Below are positions 37,143 through 47,456 of a stretch of DNA of 64,000 nt, in pieces; position 1 is the first letter of the stretch; each line of letters starts with the position of its first letter. The notes beneath the pieces are model-generated. The model ran no database searches, was not told where the DNA came from, and saw only the letters and a list, made by a program, of their open reading frames with translations. Position numbers and translations under genes: made by a program. Location: positions 474,400 to 538,399 of the forward strand of contig OZ240676.1 of the NCBI GenBank assembly GCA_965198895.1. Reading direction: 5' to 3'. Source of the DNA: Acetobacteraceae bacterium. GTDB taxonomy: Bacteria > Pseudomonadota > Alphaproteobacteria > Acetobacterales > Acetobacteraceae.

Positions 37143-39353
37143 TTATTCCGGCTTCTCGACCACGCCGGTGGCCTCGATGTCGACGGCCGGGCGCGGGGCG
37201 GGGGCGACGCCGCGCGCCTCGGCGTATTCTTTGTCCAACACCAACTCGAACATCAGCAGCGAGCGACCGGTCACCACGTACTCGGTCTCGAACTCGAAGC
37301 GCGTGCTCTCCGGGTCACCCTCCTGATTGGTGTCGATCAGGCACACCCAGGCGAGTCCGCCGGGTACCGCGGGCAGCTTGAACGGCACACCGTCGTGATA
37401 GGAGTTCACGATCACCAGGACCGTTGCATCCGCACCGCGCCGCCGGATGCCCGAGACCTGAGCACGGCCATCCAGCAGAACGCCGATGCACCGCGTGTTG
37501 GCGTCGTCCCAGGCGCCCTGGTCCATCTCCTCGCCGGTCGGCTTGACCCAGGTGACGTCCTTGATGCCGAGTTCCTCGTTCCACTCCGCCGTCAGGAAGC
37601 GCGAGCGGTGCAGGATCGGCAGGCGGCGGCGGAGCGCATTCACGCTGGCGACGAAGCGAACCAGACTGCGGCCCTTGTCGTCCAGGTTCCAGTTCAGCCA
37701 GCTGATCTCGTTGTCCTGGCAATAGGCATTGTTGTTGCCGCCCTGGGTGCGGCCGAACTCGTCGCCAGCGAGCATCATCGGCGTGCCACGCGATAGCAGC
37801 AGCGTCGCGAGCATGTTCTTGATCTGGCGTTCGCGTAGCCCGTTGATCAGCGGGTCGTCCGTCGCGCCTTCGACGCCGCAGTTCCAACTCTCGTTGTTGC
37901 TGTTGCCGTCGTTGTTGTCCTCGCCGTTTGCCTCGTTGTGCTTCTCGTTGTACGAGGCCCAGTCGTTGAGCGTGAACCCGTCATGGGCGGTCAGGAAGTT
38001 CACCGACGACCAGGTGGGCCGCCCGCGATGGTTGAAGAAGTCGCTGCTGCCGGTGAAGCGGGTGGCGAAATCCTTGATCTTGCCCTCGTCGCCCTTCCAG
38101 AAGGCGCGCATGTTGTCGCGATAGCGATCGTTCCACTCGGCCCAGCCCGGCGGGAAGCCACCCACCTGATAACCGCCCGGGCCGCAATCCCAAGGCTCGG
38201 CGATCATCTTCACCTGGCTCAGCACCGGGTCCTGGCCGACGGCGCGCAGGAAGCCGCTTTCCTGGTCGAAGCCATAGGTCTCGCGCGCCAGGATCGTGCC
38301 GAGGTCGAAGCGAAAGCCGTCGACATGCATCTCGGTGACCCAGTAGCGCAGACTGTCCATCACCATCTGGATTACGCGCGCATTGCTCAAATTGAGCGTG
38401 TTACCGGTGCCCGTGTCGTTGATGTAGTAGCGTTTCTGGTCCGGTAGCAGCCGGTAGTAGCTCGCATTGTCCACACCCTTGAAGCTGAGCGTCGGCCCCT
38501 TTTCGTTACCCTCGCAGGTGTGGTTGTAGACGACGTCCAGGATCACCTCGATCCCGGCCGCGTGGAAGCGGCTGACCATCTCCTTGAACTCGGAGAAGGC
38601 GAAGTCGGGAACGCTGGCATATCGGCGGCTGGGAGCGAAGAAAGCGAGGGTCGAATAGCCCCAATAGTTCACCAGCCCCTTGTCCACCAGGTAGCTGTCG
38701 TCGGCGAACATGTGGATCGGCAGAAGTTCGACGCTGGTGACACCCAAATTCTTGATGTACGAAACGACTTCGGGTGTCGCGAGTCCACGGAAGGTGCCGC
38801 GAAGCTCCTCCGGAACGGCTGGGTGGAGCTTGGTGAAGCCCTTCACGTGCGTCTCGTACATCACCGTCCGCTCCCAGGGCACGCGCGGCGAGCGGTCGTC
38901 GCCCCAGGTGAAGGCGGGGTCGATCACGCGGCATTTCGGCATGAACGGGGCGCTGTCGCGCTCGTCGAACGTCGTGTCCTCCTCGCCCATCACGTAGCCG
39001 AACAGCTCGGGCGCCCAGGTAATCTGGCCGACGACGCCCTTGGCGTACGGGTCCATCACCAGCTTGTTCGGGTTGAAGCGGTGCCCGTTCTCCGGCTCGT
39101 AGGGGCCGTGGACGCGATAACCGTAGACGGTCCCGGGCCGCGCCTCGGGCAGGAAGCCGTGCCAGATCTCGTTGGTGTATTCCGGCAGCGTGACGCGGCC
39201 GATCTCCGTCCCGCCGGTATCGTCGAAGATGCACAGTTCGACCTTGGTGGCGTGCGCGGAGAACAGGGCGAAATTCACCCCCAGCCCGGTCCAAGTGGCG
39301 CCCTGCGGAAACGGGCGGCCTTCTTCGACCCGGAAGCTGTTTGCGTTGCTCAT
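37143..39353 (-). CDS. glgX: Glycogen debranching enzyme (isoamylase, GH13)
   Basis: GVNFALFS, YETHVKGFT, NYWGY, DVVYNHT, VDGFRFDL, AEPWD, HDGFTL..YNEKHN; start MSNANSF. Confidence 0.96.
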   Translation of the reverse strand: MSNANSFRVEEGRPFPQGATWTGLGVNFALFSAHATKVELCIFDDTGGTEIGRVTLPEYTNEIWHGFLPEARPGTVYGYRVHGPYEPENGHRFNPNKLVMDPYAKGVVGQITWAPELFGYVMGEEDTTFDERDSAPFMPKCRVIDPAFTWGDDRSPRVPWERTVMYETHVKGFTKLHPAVPEELRGTFRGLATPEVVSYIKNLGVTSVELLPIHMFADDSYLVDKGLVNYWGYSTLAFFAPSRRYASVPDFAFSEFKEMVSRFHAAGIEVILDVVYNHTCEGNEKGPTLSFKGVDNASYYRLLPDQKRYYINDTGTGNTLNLSNARVIQMVMDSLRYWVTEMHVDGFRFDLGTILARETYGFDQESGFLRAVGQDPVLSQVKMIAEPWDCGPGGYQVGGFPPGWAEWNDRYRDNMRAFWKGDEGKIKDFATRFTGSSDFFNHRGRPTWSSVNFLTAHDGFTLNDWASYNEKHNEANGEDNNDGNSNNESWNCGVEGATDDPLINGLRERQIKNMLATLLLSRGTPMMLAGDEFGRTQGGNNNAYCQDNEISWLNWNLDDKGRSLVRFVASVNALRRRLPILHRSRFLTAEWNEELGIKDVTWVKPTGEEMDQGAWDDANTRCIGVLLDGRAQVSGIRRRGADATVLVIVNSYHDGVPFKLPAVPGGLAWVCLIDTNQEGDPESTRFEFETEYVVTGRSLLMFELVLDKEYAEARGVAPAPRPAVDIEATGVVEKPE

Positions 39354-39488
39354 TGAATGGTCCTGGGGAATTGGATGGCGGAGAGTGCCGCCCGTCCAAG
39401 CGTTTGACAGCGATTGTAGTTCCGCAACAGTTGGGGCAGTTCGCAACCGGGCGGGGCTGATGTAGGGTTCAGCGACGGAGGACGCCGG

Positions 39489-40901
39489 ATGCCAAGAACA
39501 ATGTTTGCCAAGCTGTGGGACAGCCACGTGGTCGCCGACCTGGGCGACGGCTGGGCCCTGCTGCACATCGACCGGCACCTGCTGCACGACCTTTCGGGCG
39601 CCCGCGCCATGGAGGAAGTGGAGCAGCGCGGCCTGCCGGTTCGCAATCCGGAACTGGCCTTCGCCACGCCGGACCACGCCGTGTCGAGCGCGCCGGGCCG
39701 CACCGCCGCAACGTTCGCGCCCGGAGAACACCTGCTGGTGGGGTTGCGCCGCCGCTCGGCCCAGTACGGCATCAAGTTCTTCGATCTGGGCGAGGTCGGC
39801 CAGGGCATCGTCCACGTCATGGCGCCCGAACTGGGTATCGTGCTGCCCGGCACCACGCTGATCTGCGGCGACAGCCACACCTGCACCAATGGCGGCGTGG
39901 GCGCCCTGGCGTTCGGCGTCGGCTCGTCCGAACTGGTGCATGCGCTCGCGACCCAAACGCTGCGCCAACGTCGCCCTCGCACCATGCGGGTGCGGTTCGA
40001 GGGCGCTATCGGACCGGGGGTCACCCCCAAGGACATGATCCTGCACCTGATCGGCCGCCTGGGCGCCGCGGCCGGGACCGGCTACGCCCTCGAATACGCC
40101 GGCCCGGCGGTGCGCGCCCTGCCCCTCGAGGGCCGGCTGACGCTGTGTAACCTCTCGATCGAACTCGGGGCCAAGATGGGGTTCGTGGCTCCCGACGACA
40201 CCACCTTCGACTACCTGCGCGGCCGCCGCTACGCCCCCCAGGGCGCCGCCTTCGACGCGGCCGTCGAACATTGGCGCACCCTGCCGACCGACGACGGCGC
40301 CGTATTCGACCGCGAGGAGGTGATCGACGCCGCCGCCATCGCCCCCACCGTCACCTGGGGCACCAGCCCCGAGCACGCCATCGGCATCGGCGGCCAAATC
40401 CCCGACCCGGCGGACGCTCCGGACGCCGAGCACCAGGCGTCATGGCGCGCCGCCCTCGACTACATGGCGCTGCAACCCGGCCGTTCGATCGCCGGCACGA
40501 AGGTCGATTGGGTGTTCGTCGGATCCTGCACCAACAGCCGCATCTCCGACCTGCGCGCCGCCGCCGCCATAGCCCGCGGCCGGCACGTGGCGAGCGGGGT
40601 GACCGCCTGGGTGGTGCCCGGCTCCGAAACCGTGAAGCGCCAGGCGGAGGCGGAGGGGCTGGACCAGGTGTTCCGCGACGCCGGGTTCGCATGGCGGGAG
40701 CCCGGCTGCAGCATGTGCGTGGCCGCCAATGGCGAGCGCGTGCCGCCGGGTGCGCGCTCGGTCTCCACCTCCAACCGCAACTTCGTGGGGCGGCAGGGTC
40801 CGGGCGCCCGGACCCATCTCGCCAGCCCGGCCATGGCCGTCGCGGCCGCCGTCACCGGCATGATCACCGACGTGAGGACGCTTATGGAGCCGGCGCTATG
40901 A
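39489..40901 (+). CDS. leuC: 3-isopropylmalate dehydratase large subunit-like (aconitase family; probably a paralogue)
   Basis: GIVHV, CGDSHTCT, GSCTNSRI, GCSMC, STSNRNFVGRQG. Confidence 0.85.
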   Translation: MPRTMFAKLWDSHVVADLGDGWALLHIDRHLLHDLSGARAMEEVEQRGLPVRNPELAFATPDHAVSSAPGRTAATFAPGEHLLVGLRRRSAQYGIKFFDLGEVGQGIVHVMAPELGIVLPGTTLICGDSHTCTNGGVGALAFGVGSSELVHALATQTLRQRRPRTMRVRFEGAIGPGVTPKDMILHLIGRLGAAAGTGYALEYAGPAVRALPLEGRLTLCNLSIELGAKMGFVAPDDTTFDYLRGRRYAPQGAAFDAAVEHWRTLPTDDGAVFDREEVIDAAAIAPTVTWGTSPEHAIGIGGQIPDPADAPDAEHQASWRAALDYMALQPGRSIAGTKVDWVFVGSCTNSRISDLRAAAAIARGRHVASGVTAWVVPGSETVKRQAEAEGLDQVFRDAGFAWREPGCSMCVAANGERVPPGARSVSTSNRNFVGRQGPGARTHLASPAMAVAAAVTGMITDVRTLMEPAL

Positions 40902-41518
40902 TGCAGGCCTTCACCACCGTCAGCGGGACCGCTGCCCCCCTGATGCGCGACAACATCGACACCGACGTCATCATCCGCGTCGAGAAGCTGACCGGCCTGC
41001 ATCGCGACGCCATGGGGCCGTGGGCGTTCGAGACGCTGCGCTACAACCCGGATGGGACCGAGAACCCAGATTTTGTGCTGAACCAGGAGCCGTTCCGCGG
41101 CGCGCCGATCCTGATCGCCGGCGCCAATTTCGGCTGCGGTTCGTCCCGCGAAGGCGCCGTTTGGGCGCTGATGGGGACCGGGGTGCGCTGCGTGATCGCG
41201 CCTTCCTTCGGCGACATCTTCCTGAACAACTGCTTCCAGAACGGCATGCTACCGGTGCGCCTGTCCCATGCCGATGTCGTCCGGCTCGCCGAAGCCTGCG
41301 CCGGCGGCAATGCCCGCGTCACGGTGGACCTGCGGCGCCAGAAAGTGGTGTTCCCGCATGGCGAGGAAGTCGGCTTCGAGATCGAGCCGATCCGGCGCAC
41401 CGCGATGCTGGAGGGCCTGGACGAGATCGGCCTCACCCTGAAGCACACCGACGCCATCGCCGCCTTCCAGTCGGCCGACCGCACCACGCGCCCCTGGGTC
41501 TGGCAGCCCGGCGTTTGA
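40898..41518 (+). CDS. leuD: 3-isopropylmalate dehydratase small subunit-like
   Basis: NIDTDVII, NFGCGSSREGA, SFGDIF.NN..NG. Confidence 0.88.
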   Translation: MMQAFTTVSGTAAPLMRDNIDTDVIIRVEKLTGLHRDAMGPWAFETLRYNPDGTENPDFVLNQEPFRGAPILIAGANFGCGSSREGAVWALMGTGVRCVIAPSFGDIFLNNCFQNGMLPVRLSHADVVRLAEACAGGNARVTVDLRRQKVVFPHGEEVGFEIEPIRRTAMLEGLDEIGLTLKHTDAIAAFQSADRTTRPWVWQPGV

Positions 41519-41528
41519 CCTCCCACTC

Positions 41529-41558
41529 GTAGCGTGCGTTGCGCTTTGGCAACGCACC
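41529..41558. repeat. Single GTAG-type REP
   Basis: GTAG followed by stem GTGCGTTGC / GCAACGCAC. Confidence 0.6.
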
Positions 41559-41642
41559 CATGCGGCGCGTGTCACCACACGAAATCTCGGGCGGCACTGG
41601 AATCTTCCTTTGAAAATGCTGTGCTAGTTGGGACAAACGAAT

Positions 41643-42497
41643 ATGGACCTTAGGAACGCCCTTCGTGAACGCCAGATCATCGCACCCGGCGTCTACGATG
41701 CCCTCACCGCCTCTGTCGCCGCCGCGTCCGGGTTCGAGGCGCTGTATGTGTCGGGCGGCGCGATCGCCTACACCAAGCTCGGGCGCCCCGATATCGGCCT
41801 CGTCGCTATGACCGAGGTGGTCGAGACGATTGCCCTGATCCGCGATCGGGTGGACCTGCCGCTCATCGTCGATGCCGACAATGGCTACGGCAACGCGCTG
41901 AACGTGCAGCGCACCGTGCGCATGTTCGAGCGCGCGGGCGCCACCGCGATCCAGCTGGAGGATCAGACGCTGCCCAAGCGCTGCGGCCATTTGCGCGACA
42001 AGACGGTGATCTCCAGCGCCGAGATGGCTGGCAAGATCAAGGCCGCCGTGGACGCCAGGGCCAGCGAGTCCACCCTGATCGTCGCCCGCACCGATGCAGT
42101 CGCGATCGAGGGCCTGCAACCCGCGATCGAACGCGCCCGCCGCTATGCCGAAGCCGGGGCGGACGTGCTGTTCGTGGAAGCCCCGCCGAGCCGGGATGAC
42201 TTGGCCGAAGTCGGGCGCGCGCTGTCGGGCACCTTGCCGCTGCTGGCCAACATGGTGGATGGCGGCGACACGCCGCCGCTGCCCGCCGCCGAACTGGGCG
42301 AGCTCGGCTTCAAGCTGGTGATTTTCCCCGGCGGCATCGTCCGCACCCTGTTGCGCACGATGAGCGAGTATTACGGCTCGCTCGCCCTACACCGCAGCAA
42401 CCGCCCGTTCGCCGGCCGCATGCTGACCTTCACGGAAATGAACGCCGTGCTGGGAACACCGGAGATGCTGGCGTTAGGCAAATCCTACGAAGCGTAA
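41643..42497 (+). CDS. Isocitrate lyase/PEP mutase family enzyme (2,3-dimethylmalate or methylisocitrate lyase-like)
   Basis: PGVYD, DADNGYG, IQLEDQTLPKRCGH, ARTDA. Confidence 0.9.
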   Translation: MDLRNALRERQIIAPGVYDALTASVAAASGFEALYVSGGAIAYTKLGRPDIGLVAMTEVVETIALIRDRVDLPLIVDADNGYGNALNVQRTVRMFERAGATAIQLEDQTLPKRCGHLRDKTVISSAEMAGKIKAAVDARASESTLIVARTDAVAIEGLQPAIERARRYAEAGADVLFVEAPPSRDDLAEVGRALSGTLPLLANMVDGGDTPPLPAAELGELGFKLVIFPGGIVRTLLRTMSEYYGSLALHRSNRPFAGRMLTFTEMNAVLGTPEMLALGKSYEA

Positions 42498-42654
42498 GAT
42501 GACACCCGTAGAATGAGGTACGATCGCTTCGCCTTCGTCTCCCTCTCCCGTGAAAAACGGAAACGGAGAAGAACTATGAAACGGCCCTCCTCGGCGGGGG
42601 GGAGTTGCCCGCCAGCGCGTCCAGGTTCACGCTAGTCGCATCTGCGGAGGCACC

Positions 42655-43884
42655 ATGAAAAAGCGCGGCATGCAATTCGGCATCTTCCTTGCCCCATTCC
42701 ACCGCGTCGGCGACAACCCGACGCTGGCCATGGAGCGCGACCTCGAACTCATCGAGCACCTCGACCGGCTCGGCTTCGACGAGGCCTGGATCGGCGAGCA
42801 CCACTCCGCCGGGTGGGAGATCATCGCCTCCCCCGAGCTCGTGATCGCCGCGGCGGCGCAGCGCACCCGCACCATCCGACTGGGCACGGGGGTCACCTCC
42901 CTGCCCTACCACCACCCATTCCTCGTGGCGCAGCGCTTCGTGCAGCTGGACCACATGACGCGCGGCCGGGCCATGCTGGGCTGCGGACCCGGCGCCCTCG
43001 TGTCCGACGCCTACATGCTCGGCATCGACGCCACCACCCAGCGCCGCCGCATGGACGAGTCGCTGGAGGCGATCATGGCCCTGTTGCGCTGCGACGGCCC
43101 GGTGACGCGCCACACCGACTGGTTCACCATGAACGAGGCCCGCCTGCACCTAAAACCGTACAGCGACCCACACTTCCCGATCGCCGTCGCCAGCACGCTC
43201 ACCCCGTCCGGCCCGACGGTCGCGGGCAAGCATGGCGTCGGCATCCTCTCCCTCGGCGCCGGCGCCCCCGGTGGCATGGCGGCCATCGCCGGCCAGTGGC
43301 GCATCGCGGAGGAGGAAGCGGCCAAGAACGGCAAGACCATGGACCGGGCCGACTGGCGCATGGTGATGAACGTGCACGTCGCCGAGACCGACGAGGCCGC
43401 CATGGAGCAGGTCCGCATCGGTGAGCGGATGGAGACGGTGACCTATTTCGAAGACGCGCTCGGACGCCCCCCTGGTCGCTCCGAAGACCCGCTGACCGAT
43501 GGCATAAAAGCAGGCACCACCCTGGTCGGCAGCCCCGAGACGGTCGCCCGCGGCATCCAGAACCTGTGGGACCACAGCGAGGGCGGCTTCGGCGGCTTCC
43601 TGTTCCGCGCCCACGATTGGGCGGACCGCGAGCAGAGCTGGCGCAGCTACGAGCTGTTCGCGCGCTGGGTGATGCCACACTTCCAGCAATCGCTGGACAT
43701 GCCGCGCGCCAGCCACGAATGGGCCGTCGCCAACCGGAAAACCATCTTCGGCCCGAACGTCGAGGCCCTGCGCCGCGCCTTCACCGATTCGGGCCGCGCC
43801 GTGCCCGACGCGTTCGACGCCCGCGCCGCGGGCGCCCGCGACTTGCGGGAAGAGGCCGAACGCAGGAGTACCGCCGCCGAATGA
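42655..43884 (+). CDS. LLM-class flavin-dependent monooxygenase (limonene monooxygenase-like)
   Basis: FGIFLAPFH, EAWIGEHHS.GWE.IASPE, LPYHHP, GRAMLGCGPG. Confidence 0.88.
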   Translation: MKKRGMQFGIFLAPFHRVGDNPTLAMERDLELIEHLDRLGFDEAWIGEHHSAGWEIIASPELVIAAAAQRTRTIRLGTGVTSLPYHHPFLVAQRFVQLDHMTRGRAMLGCGPGALVSDAYMLGIDATTQRRRMDESLEAIMALLRCDGPVTRHTDWFTMNEARLHLKPYSDPHFPIAVASTLTPSGPTVAGKHGVGILSLGAGAPGGMAAIAGQWRIAEEEAAKNGKTMDRADWRMVMNVHVAETDEAAMEQVRIGERMETVTYFEDALGRPPGRSEDPLTDGIKAGTTLVGSPETVARGIQNLWDHSEGGFGGFLFRAHDWADREQSWRSYELFARWVMPHFQQSLDMPRASHEWAVANRKTIFGPNVEALRRAFTDSGRAVPDAFDARAAGARDLREEAERRSTAAE

Positions 43885-44753
43885 GCCCCGGCTATCTGCC
43901 TTTCGCTGGCGCGCTCGAGCTTCCCGCCTTCCTCTGCGACAATTGCGGCTTCTGGCAGCGTCATTTCGCCCCGCCGCCCTCCTGCCCGCTCTGCCTCGAC
44001 GCCCGCCACGTGGTGCCGCAGGAGGGCTGGCGCTTCTGGACCCGGGCGGAGGCACAGGCCCGGTTCCCCTGCCATTGGGCCGAGTTGGAGCCGGGCGTAT
44101 GGCGGTTCTGGAACGACCCGGTGAGCGGCATCGGGTCGAGCTGCTACCTGGTCCAGACCGCCAACGGCAACATGGGCTTCGAGGGCTGCCCCGTGTTCAG
44201 CGATGCCGCCCTCGACCACATTGCCGCCCTGGGCGGCTTGGCCGTGCTGTCGGCCTCCCACCCCCATTCCTATGGCGCCCTGTGGCAGCTGCAGGACCGG
44301 TTCGATCCGGAACTGGCCCTGCACCCCGGCGACCTCGCCTGGTCCGCCGCCCTAAAGGTGAGCTGGCCGTTCGACGATGTCCTGGAGCCGCTGCCGGGCC
44401 TGGAGCTGCACCTTACGGCCGGCCATTTCGACGGGCATACCGTGCTGTTCGACCGCGGCCGCGGTATCCTGTTCTGCGGCGACGCGCTGAAGTTCGAGAT
44501 GGCGCCGGGCGATCCCCGCCGCGCGGTCACGATTTCGGCCCACAAGGCGTTCGTCCGCGGCGTGCCGCTCACCCCGCGCGAGCTACGTCGCTACCGGGAC
44601 GTGTTCGCACCCCTGCCGTTCATCCAGACCTGGACACCGTTCGAGCAGGCTCGCAACAGCGGCCGGGCGGAGGCTTTGGCCCTCATCGACGGCATGCTGG
44701 CCAGCCGCCCGCATGCCGCCCCCGTTCGGCTGGACGCGTTGGCGACGGGGTGA
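43881..44753 (+). CDS. MBL-fold metallo-hydrolase with N-terminal CxxC..CxxC knuckle
   Basis: CDNCG...CPLCLDARH, SHPHSYG, AGHFDGH, LFCGDA; ATGA overlap with the LLM gene. Confidence 0.8.
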   Translation: MSPGYLPFAGALELPAFLCDNCGFWQRHFAPPPSCPLCLDARHVVPQEGWRFWTRAEAQARFPCHWAELEPGVWRFWNDPVSGIGSSCYLVQTANGNMGFEGCPVFSDAALDHIAALGGLAVLSASHPHSYGALWQLQDRFDPELALHPGDLAWSAALKVSWPFDDVLEPLPGLELHLTAGHFDGHTVLFDRGRGILFCGDALKFEMAPGDPRRAVTISAHKAFVRGVPLTPRELRRYRDVFAPLPFIQTWTPFEQARNSGRAEALALIDGMLASRPHAAPVRLDALATG

Positions 44754-44784
44754 CACAAGGGCGCTCGGTGGCTTAAGTGGCGGC

Positions 44785-45441
44785 ATGAAGTTTAAGCGGC
44801 GACCCCTTGCTTTTGGTGCCTTGATACTCTCGGTCTCGGGAGCGCAGGGTGCTCCCCTTCCGGTTTGCCCCATCCAATCCGGCCAGATCGTCAGCTACGA
44901 CATCGTGCGCGGCGGCAATGTGATCGGGCGGCAGACTGTCCAGTACACCGTCGACGGGCCGGACCTGACGGTGGACATCACGGTCGCTGCCGCGCTCCAC
45001 GCACTCGGCATCCGCGTGTACAACTACGAGCACCACGGCACCGAGCACTGGCACGACGGCCAGATGGTCAGCCTGGTGACCCGGACCAACGATGACGGGA
45101 CGCCGCGCCAGGTGAACGCCACCCGCGACGCGACCGGCTGGAAGGGCACCCACGGCCTGCCGCCCGGGCTGGCCCCGCTGCTCTCCACCAGCCTCTGGAA
45201 TAGCGAGACGGTCACGCAGACCCGGCTACTCGACCGCGAGACCGGCGAGGTCGTCGCCGTGCGCGGGACGCAGGCGGGCGACGAGGTCCTGAAGCTCGGT
45301 GCGCGCCAGGTCACGGCGCATCGGTTCGACCTCGTGGGCGTGGTCTCCGGCACGGTATGGTACGATGCCGCCGGGTGCTGGGTGCAGGCGCTGTTCCATA
45401 CCCGCGTCGATGGATCGCAGATCGAAGTCCGCGCCCGTTAG
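44785..45441 (+). CDS. Exported protein (DUF6134-like)
   Basis: Signal peptide; Y.I.RGG..IG, Y.H...E.W..G.L..L...TNDDG pattern. Confidence 0.7.
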   Translation: MKFKRRPLAFGALILSVSGAQGAPLPVCPIQSGQIVSYDIVRGGNVIGRQTVQYTVDGPDLTVDITVAAALHALGIRVYNYEHHGTEHWHDGQMVSLVTRTNDDGTPRQVNATRDATGWKGTHGLPPGLAPLLSTSLWNSETVTQTRLLDRETGEVVAVRGTQAGDEVLKLGARQVTAHRFDLVGVVSGTVWYDAAGCWVQALFHTRVDGSQIEVRAR

Positions 45442-45511
45442 CGGCGCTTTTTAGTACTTTCTTCACCTTCTCCCGGCAGAACGGACGTGTCCCCGACCCG
45501 AGGAGCGGCCG

Positions 45512-45955
45512 ATGCTTGGCGAGATCATCCAGAAATCCATGCTCGAATGGCTGCAGCTGAGCCCGGAGCTGCTGTCCGGTCTAGGCCGTCGGGCCGTGGC
45601 TCCCAAATCGCCAGCCGTTGCGGCATCTGTGCCACAGCCCGTCGCGGGCTCGTCGGACATCGCGCCGATCACGTTCGCAACGGTCCAACCGTCCACCTCC
45701 CCCATCGGCTTCTTCACGCCGCCAGCGACCAGAGGTACCGGCCTGCCGGAGCCTTGGCAGCGATCGATGGCCGACGCCTATTCCCCTGACGAAGGGCCCT
45801 ATAGCCCGCTGGAAGCTGGCGGCAGCCAACGGGCGGCGCTGGCCGAGATGACCGGCTATTTGACGACCCGGCTGGCGCCCGCACCCGTGCAGCCAAACAG
45901 CTCGACAGCGTCGCCCATTTCCCTCGGCAGCAGCATCGCCAACGCTGGCGAGTGA
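45512..45955 (+). CDS. Hypothetical protein, Pro/Ser/Ala-rich
   Basis: GAGGAG SD; stop overlaps the GTG of the next gene. Confidence 0.5.
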   Translation: MLGEIIQKSMLEWLQLSPELLSGLGRRAVAPKSPAVAASVPQPVAGSSDIAPITFATVQPSTSPIGFFTPPATRGTGLPEPWQRSMADAYSPDEGPYSPLEAGGSQRAALAEMTGYLTTRLAPAPVQPNSSTASPISLGSSIANAGE

Positions 45956-46893
45956 CGGCCCGCCTCTCGTTTGCTACAGCCTCCCAGAACGGGGGGCTCG
46001 CATTGTTGGGACGGACGCAGCAGATCGCGAGCTTCAGCATCGTGCTGGGGGTGGGCGTGCTGGCCCTGAAGACGGGGGCTTGGTGGCTGACCAACAGCGC
46101 AGCCCTGTTCTCCGACGCGCTGGAGAGCACGGTCAACGTCGCGGCCTCGATCATCGCCCTCGTCGCCCTGCGCTTCGCCGAGCGTCCGGCGGACGCCAAC
46201 CACACCTACGGCCACCAGAAGGCCGAGTTCTTCGCCGCCGTGATCGAGGGCGCGCTGATCATCGTCGCCAGCGTGGCCATCCTGCAGCACGCCTGGCAAA
46301 GCTGGCGTTACCCGGTGCCGTTTGCCCTGCCCTGGCAGGGATTGGCTCTCAACGGCCTGGCAACCGTGCTCAACGGCGTCTGGGGCATGATCCTGCTCCG
46401 CGCCGGACGGCAGAACCGGTCCATGACCCTGACCGCGGATGGCCGGCATCTATGGGCCGACGTGGTGACGTCGGTGGCCATTCTCGCCGGGTTGGGTCTC
46501 GCGGCCTGGACCGGGCTGCCGGTGCTGGACCCGCTGATCGCGGCGATGATCGCAGTATATGTCCTGTGGTCCGGCACCAGCCTGATCACCGAATCCGTCA
46601 GCGGCCTGATGGATGCAGCCCCCCCGCCCGATGTGGTCGAGCGCATCCGCAACCTGGTCGGGGAGCATGCCGAAGGGGCGCTGGAGGTCCATGATCTGCG
46701 CACCCGGCATGCTGGACGGCTGACCTACCTGGAATTCCACTTGGTCGTGCCAGGTGACATGCGGGTTTCCGAGGCGCATGCCATATGCGATCGGATCGAG
46801 GCGGCGCTGAAGGCGGAGATGCAACAATTGACAATCACAATCCACGTCGAACCCGAGGGCAAGGCGAAGCATCACGGGGTTATCGTGCTATGA
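45952..46893 (+). CDS. Cation diffusion facilitator (FieF-like)
   Basis: SDALES, PADANHTYGHQKAE, HLWADVVTS, DLRTR, EAHAICDRIE, IHVEP. Confidence 0.92.
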   Translation: MTARLSFATASQNGGLALLGRTQQIASFSIVLGVGVLALKTGAWWLTNSAALFSDALESTVNVAASIIALVALRFAERPADANHTYGHQKAEFFAAVIEGALIIVASVAILQHAWQSWRYPVPFALPWQGLALNGLATVLNGVWGMILLRAGRQNRSMTLTADGRHLWADVVTSVAILAGLGLAAWTGLPVLDPLIAAMIAVYVLWSGTSLITESVSGLMDAAPPPDVVERIRNLVGEHAEGALEVHDLRTRHAGRLTYLEFHLVVPGDMRVSEAHAICDRIEAALKAEMQQLTITIHVEPEGKAKHHGVIVL

Positions 46894-47447
46894 CGATCCG
46901 GATCGACCGCGTCGTCACCCGGGGCGGCGATGGGGGGCAGACCTCCCTGGGCGACGGCACCCGCGTGCCGAAGGATGCCTTACGGGTGGAGGCCTACGGC
47001 ACGGTGGACGAGGCGAATGCCACGATAGGGCTGCTTCGCCAGCACACCTCCGGCGAGTCGGATGCCATGCTCGCACGCATACAGAACGACCTGTTCGACG
47101 TTGGCTCGGATTTGTGCGTTCCAGGCGAGGCAGGGGACCGCCTGCGCCTGACCGACGCCCCTTCCAGCCGGCTGGAAGCCGAGATCGCCACCATGAACGC
47201 CAGCCTGCCCCCGCTGGACAGCTTCGTGCTGCCGGGGGGCTCGGCGGCTGCCGCGCACGCCCATCTGGCCCGCACGGTCGTGCGCCGTGCCGAGCGCCTG
47301 GTGGTGTCGCTGGCGCGGGAAGATGCGGTGAACCCGGCGGTCATCCGCTTCCTCAACCGGCTGTCCGACCACCTGTTCATACTCGGCCGCGTGCTGAACG
47401 AGAACGGTGCCGCCGACGTCAAATGGGTCCCCGGCGCGAACCGGTAG
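46890..47447 (+). CDS. PduO-type cob(I)alamin adenosyltransferase
   Basis: TRGGDGGQTSL, AYGTVDEAN, IQNDLFD, FVLPGG, ARTVVRRAER, LNRLSD. Confidence 0.93.
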   Translation: MTIRIDRVVTRGGDGGQTSLGDGTRVPKDALRVEAYGTVDEANATIGLLRQHTSGESDAMLARIQNDLFDVGSDLCVPGEAGDRLRLTDAPSSRLEAEIATMNASLPPLDSFVLPGGSAAAAHAHLARTVVRRAERLVVSLAREDAVNPAVIRFLNRLSDHLFILGRVLNENGAADVKWVPGANR

Positions 47448-47456
47448 GCGGCCGGC

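Noticed and set aside
39354-40433. N-terminal extension of glgX to 1096 aa in the ORF track
   Set aside because: The extension is antisense to leuC; GlgX homology starts at MSNANSF (39353). Similar over-extensions were trimmed for treY, gatB, argJ, the MFS transporter and others
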